DNA of 64,000 nt from Octopus vulgaris (lineage: Eukaryota), in contig OX597827.1 of the NCBI GenBank assembly GCA_951406725.2, forward strand, positions 44,330,001 through 44,394,000, written 5' to 3'. The position numbers and the translations under genes were made by a program. Below are positions 1 through 13,541 of the stretch, piece by piece. The first letter of the stretch is position 1; the number at the start of each line of letters is the position of its first letter. The notes under the pieces are model-generated. The model worked only from the letters and a program-made list of their open reading frames with translations. It searched no databases and was not told where the DNA came from.

Positions 1-66
1 AGTGGGACTGAATCCGGAACCATGTGGCTGGTAAGCAAGCTACTTACCACACAGCCACTCCTGTGC

Positions 67-68
<2 letters not shown>
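1..68 (-). mobile_element. tRNA-derived SINE head (group A), truncated by window edge
   Basis: Reverse complement aggcacaggagtggctgtgtggtaagtagc...ggattcagtcccact matches the copies at 4417 and 5576. Confidence 0.85.
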
Positions 69-336
<268 letters not shown>

Positions 337-513
337 TCAGTTAATTCTGATCCAGGACTAAGCAGCAACAAACCAATGAAAAAAGATTTTAGAATAAGTC
401 ATGAGTAAACCGTGGCCCTCGAGCCTCGTGCGACCCGTGAGACTTTTTGAAAGGCACGCCTAACAAAAAGTCACCTAGTATTTTTATTAGTAGTGAGTCC
501 TGTTTGATGATAA

Positions 514-747
514 CTCTTTCTTTACTACCCACAAGGGGCTAAACACAGAGAGGACAAACAATGACAGACAAACAGATTAAGTCGATTATATCGACTCCAG
601 TACGTAACTGGTACTTAATTTATCGACCCCGAAAGGATGAAAGGCAAAGTCGACCTCGGCGGAATTTGAACTCAGAACGTAGCGGCAGACGAAATACCGA
701 TAAGCATTTCGCCCGGCGTGCTAACGATTCTGCCAGCTCGCCGCCTC
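514..747 (-). mobile_element. SINE group B (head ggcggcgagctggcagaatcgttagc; central gcctttcatcctttcggggtcgataaa..agtaccag)
   Basis: Many related copies in the window. The central segment resembles Meta/Nin-type SINE domains (from recollection, not searched). Confidence 0.8.
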
Positions 748-1429
748 TTCTCGATAACGTTTGCCCATGCCTGCACTAAATGGTCGTTAAACCTGGTAGA
801 AATAGAAGCCAAATCCCATGCAGATTACATCTTAATGTTCTGAAATGGGTGGAGGGGAGGTGATGTTGGATAACATCGTTATCGTTCTAAATGTGTTTTG
901 TGTTTGAATAGAGAACGGAACGGAATGGTCACAGCTGGAACGACTTGAGCCTAAATCTGCTTGGTTTAGTTTCAACCCCGGGGCTGATCGGGAGCTAAAC
1001 CACGACAACAATAGCAGCTGCAGCAACAACAACTACAATACTAGCAACAACAACAACAACTACTACTACTACTACACAAGCAGCAACAGTAGCAACAGTA
1101 GCAGCAGTAGCAGCAACAACATATTCTCTGATGTTCGCTTTTTATCGTTCATATTTACATTACAAATCATTAAAGCCATTAAGGCTGATTTAATCGAAAC
1201 GCAGAGATCAATATGATCGATGTCATGTGATCGATTATTTTTGATTTAGTTTTGGCTTGTTTTTTCTTCCTTGAGGTTTTTTTTTTTTTTTGATGGGGGT
1301 GGGGTATATGGTATTTTTCTTCTTTTTTTTTCTATAACGAAAGAAGTATAAAAATTGAAAGGAGGTGCAGAGTTGCAGTAAAAAAAAAAGTGAATGGGAG
1401 ATGCCTCTGTGTGGGGTGGGAGGTTGTTC

Positions 1430-2649
1430 TTGTGGTGATGGTGGTGGTGGTGGTGGTGGTTGGGGGAGTTGATTATGCTGGGCAATAGAAAGAAGGGTGT
1501 TGGGAGTGGAAGAGATGGCGATATTGTTATTGATGTTGTTCCTGGTGGTGGTGGTGGTGGTGGTGGTGGTGGTGGTGGGTGGTGGTGGTGGTGGTGGTGG
1601 TGGTGGTGGTGGTGGTGGTGGCGGCGGTGGTGGCGGTAGTCATGGTGGTGGTACTGCTGGTAGTGATGCTGTTCGAAATGGTGGCAGAACTTGTGGTAGT
1701 TGGTGGTGGTGGTGGTCCCGGTGGTGGCGGTAGTCATGGTGGTGGTACTGCTGGTAGTGATGCTGTTCGAAATGGTGGCAGTACTTGTGGTAGTTGTGGT
1801 AGTCGGTGGTGGTGGTGGTGGTGGTGGTGGTGGTGGTAGTGGTCATGGTGGTGGTGATAGTGGCAGTGGTGGTGATAGTAGTCATGGTGGTAGTACTGGT
1901 ACTGGTACTGGTGGTGCTGGTACTGGTGTCAATGAAGATGAAGAGCTTTGGTGGTGGCTAGCCTTGTTGGAGGTGGATGAGGAGGTGATGGCGGTGGAAG
2001 TAATAGGCTGTGGTGCTGGTCTTAGTGGCATTAAGCGTCGCTGTCGATGTTGTTGTTGTTGTTGTAAGTTGTAGTGGTGGCGGTAATGGTGGGAGCGGGG
2101 GTGGTGGTGGTGGTGATAAGAATAAATTTGAAGGTACAAGTGGTGTTTGTCTTAGCGTTGTTGTTGTTGTTGTTGCTGGTAGTGGTGGTGGTATCGGTTA
2201 TGATATGGTGGTGGTGGTGGTGGTGATGGTGGTGGTGGTGGTGGTGGTGGTGGTGGTGGTAGTGGTAAGGGCGAGGGTCAGCTGTGGTAATGGTGGTCAT
2301 GGTGGTCATGATGATGGTCAGGTTTGTGTTGGTGGTGGTGGTGGTGGTGGTGGTGGTGGTGGTGATGGTGATGGTAAGGGCGAGGGTCAGCTGTGGTAAT
2401 GGTGGTCATGGTGGTCATGATGATGGTCAGGTTTGTGTTGGTGGTGGTGGTGGTGGTGGTTATGGTGGTGGTAGTGGTGGTGGTGGTGGTGATGGTAGGA
2501 GCGAGGGTCAGCTGTGGTAATAGTGGTCATGGTGATGGTCAGGTTTGTGTTGGTGTTGATGGTGGTGGTGGTGGTGGTGGTGGTGGTGGTGATGGTAGGG
2601 GCTGGGGTCAGCTGTGGTAATGGTGGTCATGATGATGGTCAGGTTTGTG

Positions 2650-2681
<32 letters not shown>

Positions 2682-3130
2682 GGTGGTGGTGATGGTAGGG
2701 GCAGGGGTCAGCTGTGGTAATGGTGGTCATGATGATGGTCAGGTTTGTGTTGGTGGTGGTGGTGGTGGTGTTGATGGTGGTGGTAGTGGTGGTGGTGGTG
2801 ATGGTAGGAGCGAGGGTCAGCTGTGGTAATAGTGGTCATGGTGATGGTCAGGTTTGTGTTGGTGTTGATGGTGGTGGTAGTGGTGGTGGTGGTGATAGTA
2901 AGGGCGAGGGTCAGCTGTGGTAATGGTGGTCATGGTGGTCATGATGGTGGTCAGGTTTGTGTTGGTGGTGGTGGTGGTGGTAGTGGTGGTGGTGGTGATG
3001 GTAGGAGCGAGGGTCAGCTGTGGTAATAGTGGTCGTGGTGATGGTCAGGTTTGTGTTGGTGTTGGTGGTGGTGGCGGTAATGGTGCTAGTGGTGTCGTGA
3101 CAGCGGTGGTTGGGGGGGATGGTGTTGGTT
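1430..3130. repeat. (GGT)n-rich block containing an 8-copy 94-121 bp minisatellite (2260-3070) and a 94-bp-spaced duplication (1620-1800)
   Basis: GGGTCAGCTG recurs at 2275, 2384, 2505, 2605, 2705, 2814, 2908 and 3011. Confidence 0.9.
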
Positions 3131-3281
3131 GAACCTGTGGCTTTTGATTATTGGTGTTCTTATTGTTGTTGTAGTTGTTTCTGTTGTTGCTTATGTTCGA
3201 GGCGGTTTTTTATTGTCATTCTTCTTTATCATGTTGCTGGTTAATGTTTCAGCTACTGTTGCTGTGTCATGATTTAATTAT

Positions 3282-3453
3282 GCTTCCATGGCAACCGAGA
3301 CCACCACCACCACCACCACCACCACCACCATCGCCATCGCCATCGCCATCACCACCTCCACCGCCGCCAACCCTTGAGAATTGATGTCATGCTAATTTGT
3401 CGTACTGTCCTTGTTTGCCAAGCAACCTGATATTGACAGTTGCCCATGACAAC
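3282..3453. promoter_or_regulatory. Cluster of three RFX X-box-like motifs
   Basis: GCTTCCATGGCAAC (3282-3295), GTTTGCCAAGCAAC (3413-3426) and GTTGCCCATGACAAC (3439-3453), compared with the X-box GTTGCCATGGCAAC. Confidence 0.55.
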
Positions 3454-3734
3454 CGAAACTGAAAAACTAGACTGGAGAGAGAAAAAGGTGGGGGAGGGGA
3501 GAGAAAAAATGAACTAGAGAGTAAGAAACGATGGGTAAGGAGAGAGGGGGAGCAAAAAGAGAGAGGGGAAGAGAGAATAACTTTCAAACTAGGATAGGTT
3601 TTCTTTCTAAGAATGGAACGTTTTGATTTCAAACTAATAAAGAATGTGGCTCCAGCTGGCCTTTCTGGGTTTGGTAATTAGCGAGAAAGAAAAATGTTGA
3701 TTTCAAAACTAAGGCTACTAAATAAACTGACGGT

Positions 3735-4290
3735 CTGTCGGTTAAGACGACAAGGGTTCTAGTTGATCCGGGCAATGGAACAGCCTTGCTTGTGAAATTA
3801 ACGCGCAAGTGGTTGAGTATTCCAGAAACACGCGTACCACCATTGATGTAGTTCACATAGAGCAGTGGTTTTCAACCAGGGTTCCGCGGAACCTTAGGGT
3901 TCCGTCAGTGCAGTCCAGGGGTTCCGCAAGAAGTTACAAAACTGCTAAAATCGGCAGTAATTTTTAATTCTCCTGTGCAGATATGTGTGCATAAAGACTA
4001 CTAAATTATTGCACAGGGGTTCCTCGAGCCAGTGGAATGCTTCCTTGGGGTTCCGCTCCAGCAAAAAGTTTGAAAAGCACTATCATAGAGATTCAGCGTG
4101 ACACAGAATATATCAAGGGTGGCTCCTTTGAATTACAAGGTACAATTCATGCTTTTTACCAGCTAGGTGAACTAGACCAACGTGAAATAAAGTGTCTTGC
4201 TCAAGGATACAATTCGTCGCCTGGAAACGAACTCATGACATAATGACCGTGACCCCGAATAGCTTAACCACTAAGCCACGCGTCTTCACT
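3735..4290 (-). mobile_element. SINE (group C tail, CORE-like centre) interrupted by a hAT MITE
   Basis: tRNA-like head at 4230-4290 and CORE-like ccttgagcaagacactttatttcacg. The tail matches 19540-19720. Confidence 0.75.
3863..4082. mobile_element. hAT (Charlie-like) MITE
   Basis: TIRs cagtggttttcaac / tttgaaaagcacta, 8-bp TSD acatagag/tcatagag, internal gggttccg repeats. Confidence 0.8.
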
Positions 4291-4416
4291 GGCCGACTGG
4301 CAATTTTTTGATAGAAGTTGTTAATGAGGAATATACGGGCTGCATGGGACATGGTTCATGATCTGGCTGGTCGTACTACTACAAAATTCGAGGTGGGTTT
4401 TTAAAAATTTTTTTGC

Positions 4417-4590
4417 AAGAGTGGCTGTGTGGTAAGTAGCTTGCTTACCAGCCACATGGTTCCGGGTTCAGTCCCACTGCGTGGCGCCTTGGGCAAGTGT
4501 CTTCTACTATAGCCTCGGGCCGACCAAAGGCTTGTGAGTGGATTTAGTAGACGGAAACTGAAAGAAGCCTGTCGTATATATATATATATT

Positions 4591-4682
<92 letters not shown>

Positions 4683-4927
4683 TGTGTCTGTGTCTGTGCG
4701 TGTGTATATGTTTGTGTGTCTGTGTTTGCTCCCCCAACATCACTTGACAACCGATGCTGGTGTGTTTACGTCCCCGTAACTTAGTGGTTCGGCAAAAGAG
4801 ACCGATAGAATAAGTACTAGGCTACAAAGAATAAGTCCTGTGATCGATTTGCTCGACTAAAGGCGGCGCTCCAACATGACCGCACTCAAATGACTGAAAC
4901 AAGTAAAAGAGTAAAGTGTAAAGAGTA
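4417..4927 (+). mobile_element. Full-length group A SINE with internal (TA)n(TG)n microsatellite
   Basis: A/B-box head, ccttgggcaagtgtcttctactatagcctcgggcc core, and a 3' module ending gactgaaacaagtaaaagag. Confidence 0.9.
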
Positions 4928-4934
4928 AATAAAA

Positions 4935-6243
4935 TTATGGCGGTAGCTTACGTTTCTCGGGTTAGATTATTACTAGATTATTACTAGATTTCGAAGTTGC
5001 AGTTCATAATTTCATTCAATTCGTGATTCCCTATTTCATCTATCGTGGCATGCTTGTTTCATTTGAGCCAATCACAGATTTAGGCCCCAAAGAAAAATGC
5101 AATAAAGACTCTGAATTCTGTCTTAAAATTCGATGTTTTTCAGCATTAGCTTTCCTACCCATTGAAGATGTTGAAGAGGACTATGAAGAATTAATACGCG
5201 ATTAAGAACTACCTACTGAATTCATCGCTTACTTCGACTTGACTTACATATGCGTTGTGAGAGGACGTGGTGCTAGACGAAGGAGAGAACCCCCTACATT
5301 CCCGATAGCTGTATGGAATGTTAATCAACGTATTCTTCAAGATCTTCTCAGAACAAATAATGCTGCAGAAGGGTTTCATTCTGCGTCGGCGGATGGAGCA
5401 CATTTGAATATTTGGAAACTAATCAAAACTCTGAAAGAAGAGGAAGGGTTCGTTCAAGATAAAAAGACTCAAAGCCTCAAAAGATTGGTCATTGAATATG
5501 GGTCAACAAGAAAAATTGATTTTTTTGAAGAGTGTGGCATATAATTTGCATTAGAATTAAGTGACCATAATAAATAGGCGTAGGAGTGGCTGTGTGGTAA
5601 GTAGCTTGCTTACGAACCACATGGTTCCGGGTTCAGGCCCACTGCGTGGGACCTTGTGCAAATGTCTTCTACTGTAGCCTCGGGCCGACCAAAGCCTTGT
5701 GATCGGTAGACGGATTCTATTTGGTAGACGGAAACTGAAAGAAGCCCGTCGTATATATGTATATATAGTTATGTGTGTGTATATGTTTGTGTGTCTGTGC
5801 TTGTCCCCCCAACATCCCTTGACAACCGATGCTGGTGTGCTTACGCCCTCGTAACTTAGCGGTTCAGCAAAAGAGACCGATAGAATAAGTACTAGGCTTA
5901 CAAAGGATAAGTCCTGGAGTCGATTTGCTCGACTAAAGGCAGTGCTCCAGCATGGCCACAGTCATATGACTGAAACAAGTAAAAGAGTAAAAGAATCATT
6001 AGTTATATCTTATTACTTATTTTAAAATGACTTTTTTAGAATACATTTTCCCACAGTATTTTATTTGAATCTTATCAATGAAATTCTCAATGATTATTTG
6101 ATTTTGGTGTTCACCTTGTTTTCTGAAGAGTTTATTTAACACTGGACAAAAAGTCGTTGGACAAAAACAATCATCAGACAAAAAGACGTCGGACGAAAAG
6201 ACGTGTATGAAGTGGTGACATCGGACGAAAAGTCGGGTAACGA
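4935..6243 (+). mobile_element. Mutator-like (MULE) transposase relic with a repeat-rich right end, interrupted by a SINE
   Basis: Broken frames read TDFEVAVHN...ALAFLP...FPIAVWNV..RTNNAAEGFH..HLNIWKLIKTLKEEE, typical MULE DDE motifs. Repeated ggac(a/g)aaaag units at 6141-6243. Confidence 0.8.
5576..5995 (+). mobile_element. Full-length group A SINE
   Basis: Collinear with 4417-4927 but with a short internal microsatellite. Confidence 0.9.
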
Positions 6244-6534
6244 CAGAAACATGGGTGTTTCGTTCAACACCCTTAAATAACCCTTATTCAGGGACCTTTT
6301 GAGCGGGATGGGCGACTCGACCTGAAGAAAATTCTAACTGCGTCTCACCTGCAAGGTCATGCGCTGTTTATCTTGATATAGGATCACCATATCACACACA
6401 TATGATTGTGATGCATGTGCCTGGTGTACCCTTATCAGACGGGTAGTCATGATGGGTATACTGGGCTTCGTATATTTTATCCCAGTGTCACTTTGACGGT
6501 ATGTGCAGCTCTTTTATTCAATAATGATAGTAAT

Positions 6535-6955
6535 CGTTTTAAATATAGACACCAGGCCTGAAATTTTGTTGGGTTGGACTAGTCGATTACAGCGACTCCA
6601 TTGCTCAAGAGGAATTTATTTTATTCACCCCAAGAGGATGCAAGAAGGCAAAGTCGACCTCGGCGAAATTTCAACGCAGAACGTTAAACTAGAGGCGAGC
6701 TTAGCGGTATTTCGTCTGCCGTTACGTTCTGAGTTCAAATTCCGCCGAGGTCGACTTAGCCTTTCATCTTTTCTGGGTCGATAAACTAAGTACCAGTTAC
6801 GCACTGGGGTCGATGTAATCGACTTAATCCCTTTGTCTGTCCTCTATGTTTAGTCCCTTGTGGGCAATAAAGAAATAAGAAATAAGAACGTTAAACTAGA
6901 GGAAATGCTGCTTAGCTTTTTGTCCGGTGCGGTAACGATTCTGCTAGCTCGCCAC
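6535..6955. mobile_element. Nested group B SINEs: plus-strand copy (~6693-6886) inside a minus-strand copy
   Basis: Direct repeat agaacgttaaactagagg at 6678-6695 and 6885-6902 flanks the inner copy. Confidence 0.85.
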
Positions 6956-7599
6956 ACCTAAGCTGACTTAATAATGCTCTTGCACCGCATTGCGATAGAA
7001 AACTTCCTATTAGTGTGGTTTAAAGAGAAATAATACACAGGCGATTCACTGAGTGAAGCATACGTTTGTGGAAAAGCTAAGTCTTTTTACGAGCAGCTTA
7101 AGAGAAATGCTCCTAGCAACCGATATAGGTTGCGATTCAAGGCCTGTGGATGTAAAATGTAAAGCTAGCAAGGGTTGTTTCGAATCTTTTAAAAAGAAAC
7201 GTTCATATATTCACAACGCTATGACGCTTTTCACATTTTAATGTTATATTTCATATAATAACACATTTAATGCTACATTTTAATGCTCATTAGCTTTTAT
7301 ATCTTCGTGGGAGAGAAATCTTTCAAATTACGTGAGGGTTTCTTTCTCTATCTGTTTATTGATTTCTGTTTTGTTTCTCTCTTTTTTTCTTTTTATTATT
7401 TATTACGTTGATGTATGCCATTACTTTGCTTATTTTATTTTATGCCACTACATGTCATTGAATATTTGTGTTTTATAAATATTTAAATGGATGCTTTGGC
7501 TGAAGGCTTTCGATCTTGGCTGAGTGTTTGATAAGCGAATTGTCCCTAAAGGCATATATTTACATTGATGTCGTAACGAATACATACATACATACATAT

Positions 7600-7701
<102 letters not shown>

Positions 7702-7751
7702 TTTTAAAAGAAACCCGTTGTGTATATATATATATATATAAAGAAACCCGT

Positions 7752-7801
<50 letters not shown>

Positions 7802-7811
7802 CACACACACA

Positions 7812-7968
7812 CAACGGGTTTCTTTTACTTTCCGTCTACCAAATCCACTCACAAGGTTTTGGTCGACTCGAGGCTATAGTTGAAGACACTTGCCCAAGGT
7901 GCCACGTAGTAGGACTGAACCCGTAACCATGTGGTTGGTAAGCAAGCTACTTACCACACAGCCACTCT
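7812..7968 (-). mobile_element. Group A SINE 5' half
   Basis: Reverse complement of the head and core, abutting a (TA)n tract. Confidence 0.85.
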
Positions 7969-8515
7969 ATGTTTGTATGCGTGTTTATCTCTATCCTTAG
8001 GTCATTTTCAGGGTGAGTCCATAGAACACACAATAGCAACACACAAAAGAGGATTACAACATTTTGGCTTACAATAGAGGATAGCAACACAAAATATACA
8101 CGATAATAGCACATAATGAGGAGCACACAAAACCCACGACCGATAACTCTGAAAAATATGCCATGATATTACGCAATAAACAAGACGATATCATATAAAT
8201 TGCAAGATATTAATATACACAAAACATACGAACTGAACGCAAAGAATTACACGGCAATAACGTATATAACACGTGATGACACTGCACAAAGCCCGTAGCG
8301 GCCACACATGATTAGACCGCATAAATACCACAATTATAACACGAATCCCACTATCATAAGTCATGAAGGCACAATGCTAGCACATTAAACATGGTGATAA
8401 GAGATAACAAGGAAAGGTAGACCGTCATTCACAATCGATATATTGTCGACATTATCATCATATTTAGGTATTGTGTGTGTGTGTATGTATGTATGTATGT
8501 ATGTATATATTTATG

Positions 8516-8570
<55 letters not shown>

Positions 8571-8635
8571 AGATAGATAGATAGATAGGTATGTATATAT
8601 ATATATATATATATATATAAAACTATCTATCTATC

Positions 8636-8667
<32 letters not shown>

Positions 8668-8676
8668 TATCTATCA

Positions 8677-8707
<31 letters not shown>

Positions 8708-8759
8708 CATACAGATATATACGTATATATGTGTGTATGTATATATATTCATGTATATA

Positions 8760-8826
<67 letters not shown>

Positions 8827-10199
8827 AAGGATAATATCGATATTTAAATATCGATGTTATCATCAAGTGGCCTGCATGGTAATAAATACCATACAACGGT
8901 AATAATTTTTACAACTATAAATAACGCTATCTGAGAGACACTACCATGACGAAATAGCAGTCAAACCCTGACTCTAAAAACCACCTAAGATGTTCATATC
9001 GCACCACGAGATAAGACAGAGAGACAAAATGAATTAGCAAAAAGAGATTACTGGATAATTCAAGATCCTGGATTTCTAGCTTTGCTTCAAATAAGCTCTG
9101 CTTTCGTCAGTTGAATATACCAGATTGGCACATAAATACAAATACATATATACAGAACACACGTTATACTTACATATACGAACTTCCATACATACATATA
9201 TATGCACGTATGTACAAGGCCAGATTTAAATTGCCCGCCAACCACCTCGTAAGCGCGATATGGTTAAAATAAACACCGCAGTGAATATAGTGACGAATTA
9301 TATAAATTTATAAATAAGGATAATATCGATATTAACAAGTGGCCAGCATGGGAATAAATACCATACAACGGTAATAATTATAGGTACACTAAGTTATGTA
9401 CCAATAAGTTTACACAAAACCCTAGAAATACTCGGTTTCACAATGAGAGAGAAAAAATAAACTAATGCGGTTTCTCCAAATCCAATCTATTAGTAGCACA
9501 GTGAAGATCTGTAAGACATTCCAAAAATTCTCCATGTGAGATTCTTATGTGAATAGATGCACATACTTGGGTGTATGCATCGACAGTTCAACCAACACAT
9601 AAATTCGACCGCATACTTACAAACACCGAGAACTCTCTTGACTCAAAAAGTCTTGCCGCTTTGTTACCGACCGGTTTCAACTCCCTTAAGAAGAACTTAA
9701 ATAAAACTTGAAGAAAAATCATACACACACAGAACAATATTAGACTTTGATCAAAAGGCAATGTTTAGTTTACTGTAAACTTTTCATCGGTGTGAATTTT
9801 GTAAGGGAATTAGTAAGAATTCCATTCCACCCTCCAAATCCAGTGCACTGTGCTGGGATATAAATTTCTGTGTTTTCGACTTTTAAAGCATTTTAATTTT
9901 TATAACTGAGCGTTGCTGGTTCTTTCCCGTCTCATTTCTTGGAAAATGTAATTTTTTTTCTCTCCAAACATTGTTGAAATCAACATTGGACTGTTGCTGC
10001 TATTTCTGACTGAACTTTACCTCATTTTACCTGGGTGGATTCAGCCAGTTTGACAACAGACAAGAGACAACATAATACAGGACTTGGGCCAGAATATGAA
10101 CGGCTAACCTCTTGTTTAATTGTGCTCCATGGTCCATGTTTTTCAAGAACTGTTTTATTTGTTCAGCTCTTGCTCAACCTTGCTGAAGCTGATCTATGA

Positions 10200-10221
10200 C
10201 ACACAGACACACATACACACA

Positions 10222-10283
<62 letters not shown>

Positions 10284-10504
10284 TACAAACACACGCTCAC
10301 ATACATACATATGTACGTAGACACACGTAGATGACGCGAATATTAACATCTTGATAGAAGAAAAATCCATCTTCATATACGTATAGACACATTACATATT
10401 TGCATCAACTCATTCATGTAAGATGAGAAACACAAAGTAAAGGACAAACTCCCACTCACAGCCAAACATTTCTTACAGCACACACGCGCATACAACTGCA
10501 AACT

Positions 10505-10537
<33 letters not shown>

Positions 10538-12006
10538 ACACACACACATACACACACACACATACGCGTAAATACATGTGCACACACATATGCACATACG
10601 TGCATACGTAGATTACACTGACGACTTTTCGGACAATGTTTATCAGATATCATTCTATTAGTCTTGAATTGCCAGTTGTAATGATGGTGATGGTGGTGGT
10701 GGTTATAGTGGTGGTGGTGGTGGTGGTGGTGGTGGTGGTGATGGTGTTGGTGGTTGTGGTGGTGGTGGTGGTGGTGTTGTAGTGGTGGTGTTGGTGGTGG
10801 TGGCTATGGTGGCGGTGATGGTGGTGGTGGTAGTGGTTATGGTGGTGGTAGTGGTGGTGGTGGTGATGACGACGACGACGACGATGATGATGACTCTAAT
10901 CGTCGCCGTTGGCATCACCATCTGCATATCATCATCATCATCGTCGTCGTCATCATCATAACGACAACGACAACAACGACGAGGATGATGATGACGATGA
11001 CGATGTTGATGACGATGACGGCAGCTGCGATGGTGGTGATGATAAGGAATAATGATATTTCCATCCTCGCCATTTAAATTGCAATTGCTATTGTCCTCAA
11101 TTACTCGTCTCAGCGACGTCAGACAAGCCACAGAGAAGGAAGAAGGGAAAAGGAAAAGGAAGAAGAGGGAGCAGAAGAAGAAGAAGAAGAAGAAGAAGAA
11201 GAAGAAGAAGAAGAAGAAGAAGAAGAAGAAGAAGAAGAAGAAGAAGAAAAAGAACAACAACAACAACAGTATGATAATGATGATGATGATGATGATGACG
11301 ACGACGACGGTGGTGGTGGTGGTGGTGGTGGTGGTGGTGGTGGTGGTGGTGATGATGATGAGGATGCAGGAGGAGGAGGAGGAGGAGGAAAAGCAAGCGA
11401 TAGCGACGGAAAGGCTTTCAGCTCTTCTGACGCCCTTTCATCGCGGTCGCCATTTTTCTCCATTTTTTAAAAAAACAAAAAAAACTTTTATTTTTGCATT
11501 GCTCTGGTTTTCTCCAAATATTTTTCAATCTTGCTTTCTCTCATTTATTTTACTTTTGTGCATTTATTGCATTTACTTATTGTTTTTGTTTGTCTTTTTT
11601 TACTAATTTATTTATTTATATTTATATGTATCTTAACATTTATGACATTTTCCCCACTTTCCGTTTCTCTCTCTCGCTTTCTCTCTCTCTCTTTCGCTTT
11701 TATATGTTTACCTGTTTGTGTCTGTAGTTTTGGAGAATAACATACAAAAATGGTGAAGGCAATTTCATGTAAATCTGCTCCTCGGTTCAGCAGTGTCTCT
11801 CTGGTTTGTTCGTACGGACTATATGTGTGTGTGTGTGTGTGCGTGTGTGTATATACATAAATACGTATGTATGCGTGTAATATATGCGTGAGCATGTGTG
11901 TAGGAGTATGCGTGTATGTGTGACAACGAGAAAAAGAGAGAGTGAAAAAGAGAAAGAGTTTGTGTGTGGAGTATGTATGGCTAGAGAGGAGTAATAATGG
12001 CAGTAG

Positions 12007-12058
<52 letters not shown>

Positions 12059-12095
12059 CGTGTATATGTGTATGTATGTATATATGTCTGCATAT

Positions 12096-12126
<31 letters not shown>

Positions 12127-12127
12127 C

Positions 12128-12178
<51 letters not shown>

Positions 12179-12193
12179 CATATATATATATAC

Positions 12194-12268
<75 letters not shown>

Positions 12269-12295
12269 ATATACAAACATATTGATAAAACATGC

Positions 12296-12339
<44 letters not shown>

Positions 12340-13206
12340 ATGTATGTATGTCTGCATACATGAATGTATATGTATATGTATGAATGTACATGGAGGTGGT
12401 GGTGGTGGTAGTGAGCATGCGTATTTTGGTAATTATGTTCTTGTTGGGCATCATAGGGATGACGGTGATGATGATGATGACGATGATGATGACGATGATG
12501 ATGATAATGATGACGATGATGATGATGACGATGATGATGACGATGATGATGATGATGATGATGATGATGACGATGATGATGACGATGATGATGATGATGA
12601 TGATGATGATGACGACGATGATGACGACGATGATGATGATGATGACGATGATGATGATGACGATGATGATGACGATGATGATGATCAGGATGATGATGAT
12701 GATAGTGGTAGTAACTGTGGTGGTGGTGGAGATGGCCGAGGGTGGGTGGTGGTGGGGAGGGTGTTGCGGTGATGATAGTGATGAGGATGATGATGATGAT
12801 GATGATAGTGGTAGTAACTGTGGTGGTGATGTTGGTGGCAGTGATGGCCGAGGGCGGGTGGTGGTGGGACGGGGTGTTGCGGTGATAGTGGTGATAGTGG
12901 TGATGATGATGATGATAATGATGTTTCTAATCTGTGTGAAAATAAAATATCGCCCAAGTAATTATTTTTAACGGTTTGGAATATAAAATATAAAACTGGA
13001 AAGCGAAGAAGGGCGAGAAACAGAGCACAGACTCACGCGCACACACACACACATATCTGTACATACACACAGACATATCTGTACACACACACACACACAC
13101 ACATATAAACACACAAAAACATCTTTACATTCACGTCATACGTATGTGTGAATATTTAAATACACACACATATATATATGTGTGTATACAAATATATATA
13201 TATATA

Positions 13207-13254
<48 letters not shown>

Positions 13255-13320
13255 GATATATGTATATATATATACATATATACATTTATATATATGTATA
13301 TATATATATATGTGTGTGTA

Positions 13321-13379
<59 letters not shown>

Positions 13380-13465
13380 AATATATATGTATGTAGATAT
13401 ATGTATATATATATACATATATACATTTATATATATATATATGTATATATATATGTATATATATG

Positions 13466-13541
<76 letters not shown>

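Noticed and set aside
911-1217. ATG-less open frame ENGTEWSQLERLEPK... after an AG
   Set aside because: The 5' part resembles a dispersed repeat (compare 54500-54550 and 62555-62620) and the rest is trinucleotide repeat.
2260-3070. CRISPR-like repeat/spacer appearance
   Set aside because: The spacers are (GGT)n rather than unique sequence, there are no cas genes, and the context is eukaryotic.
1246-3132. Gly-, His-, Pro- or Val-rich ORFs resembling beak or cuticle proteins
   Set aside because: Repeat units are 1 mod 3 in length, so frames break at every unit; no credible signal peptide or splice structure.
11740-11810. Ankyrin-like ETLLNRGAD on the minus strand
   Set aside because: A single short match with no TPLH motif and a poor acceptor.
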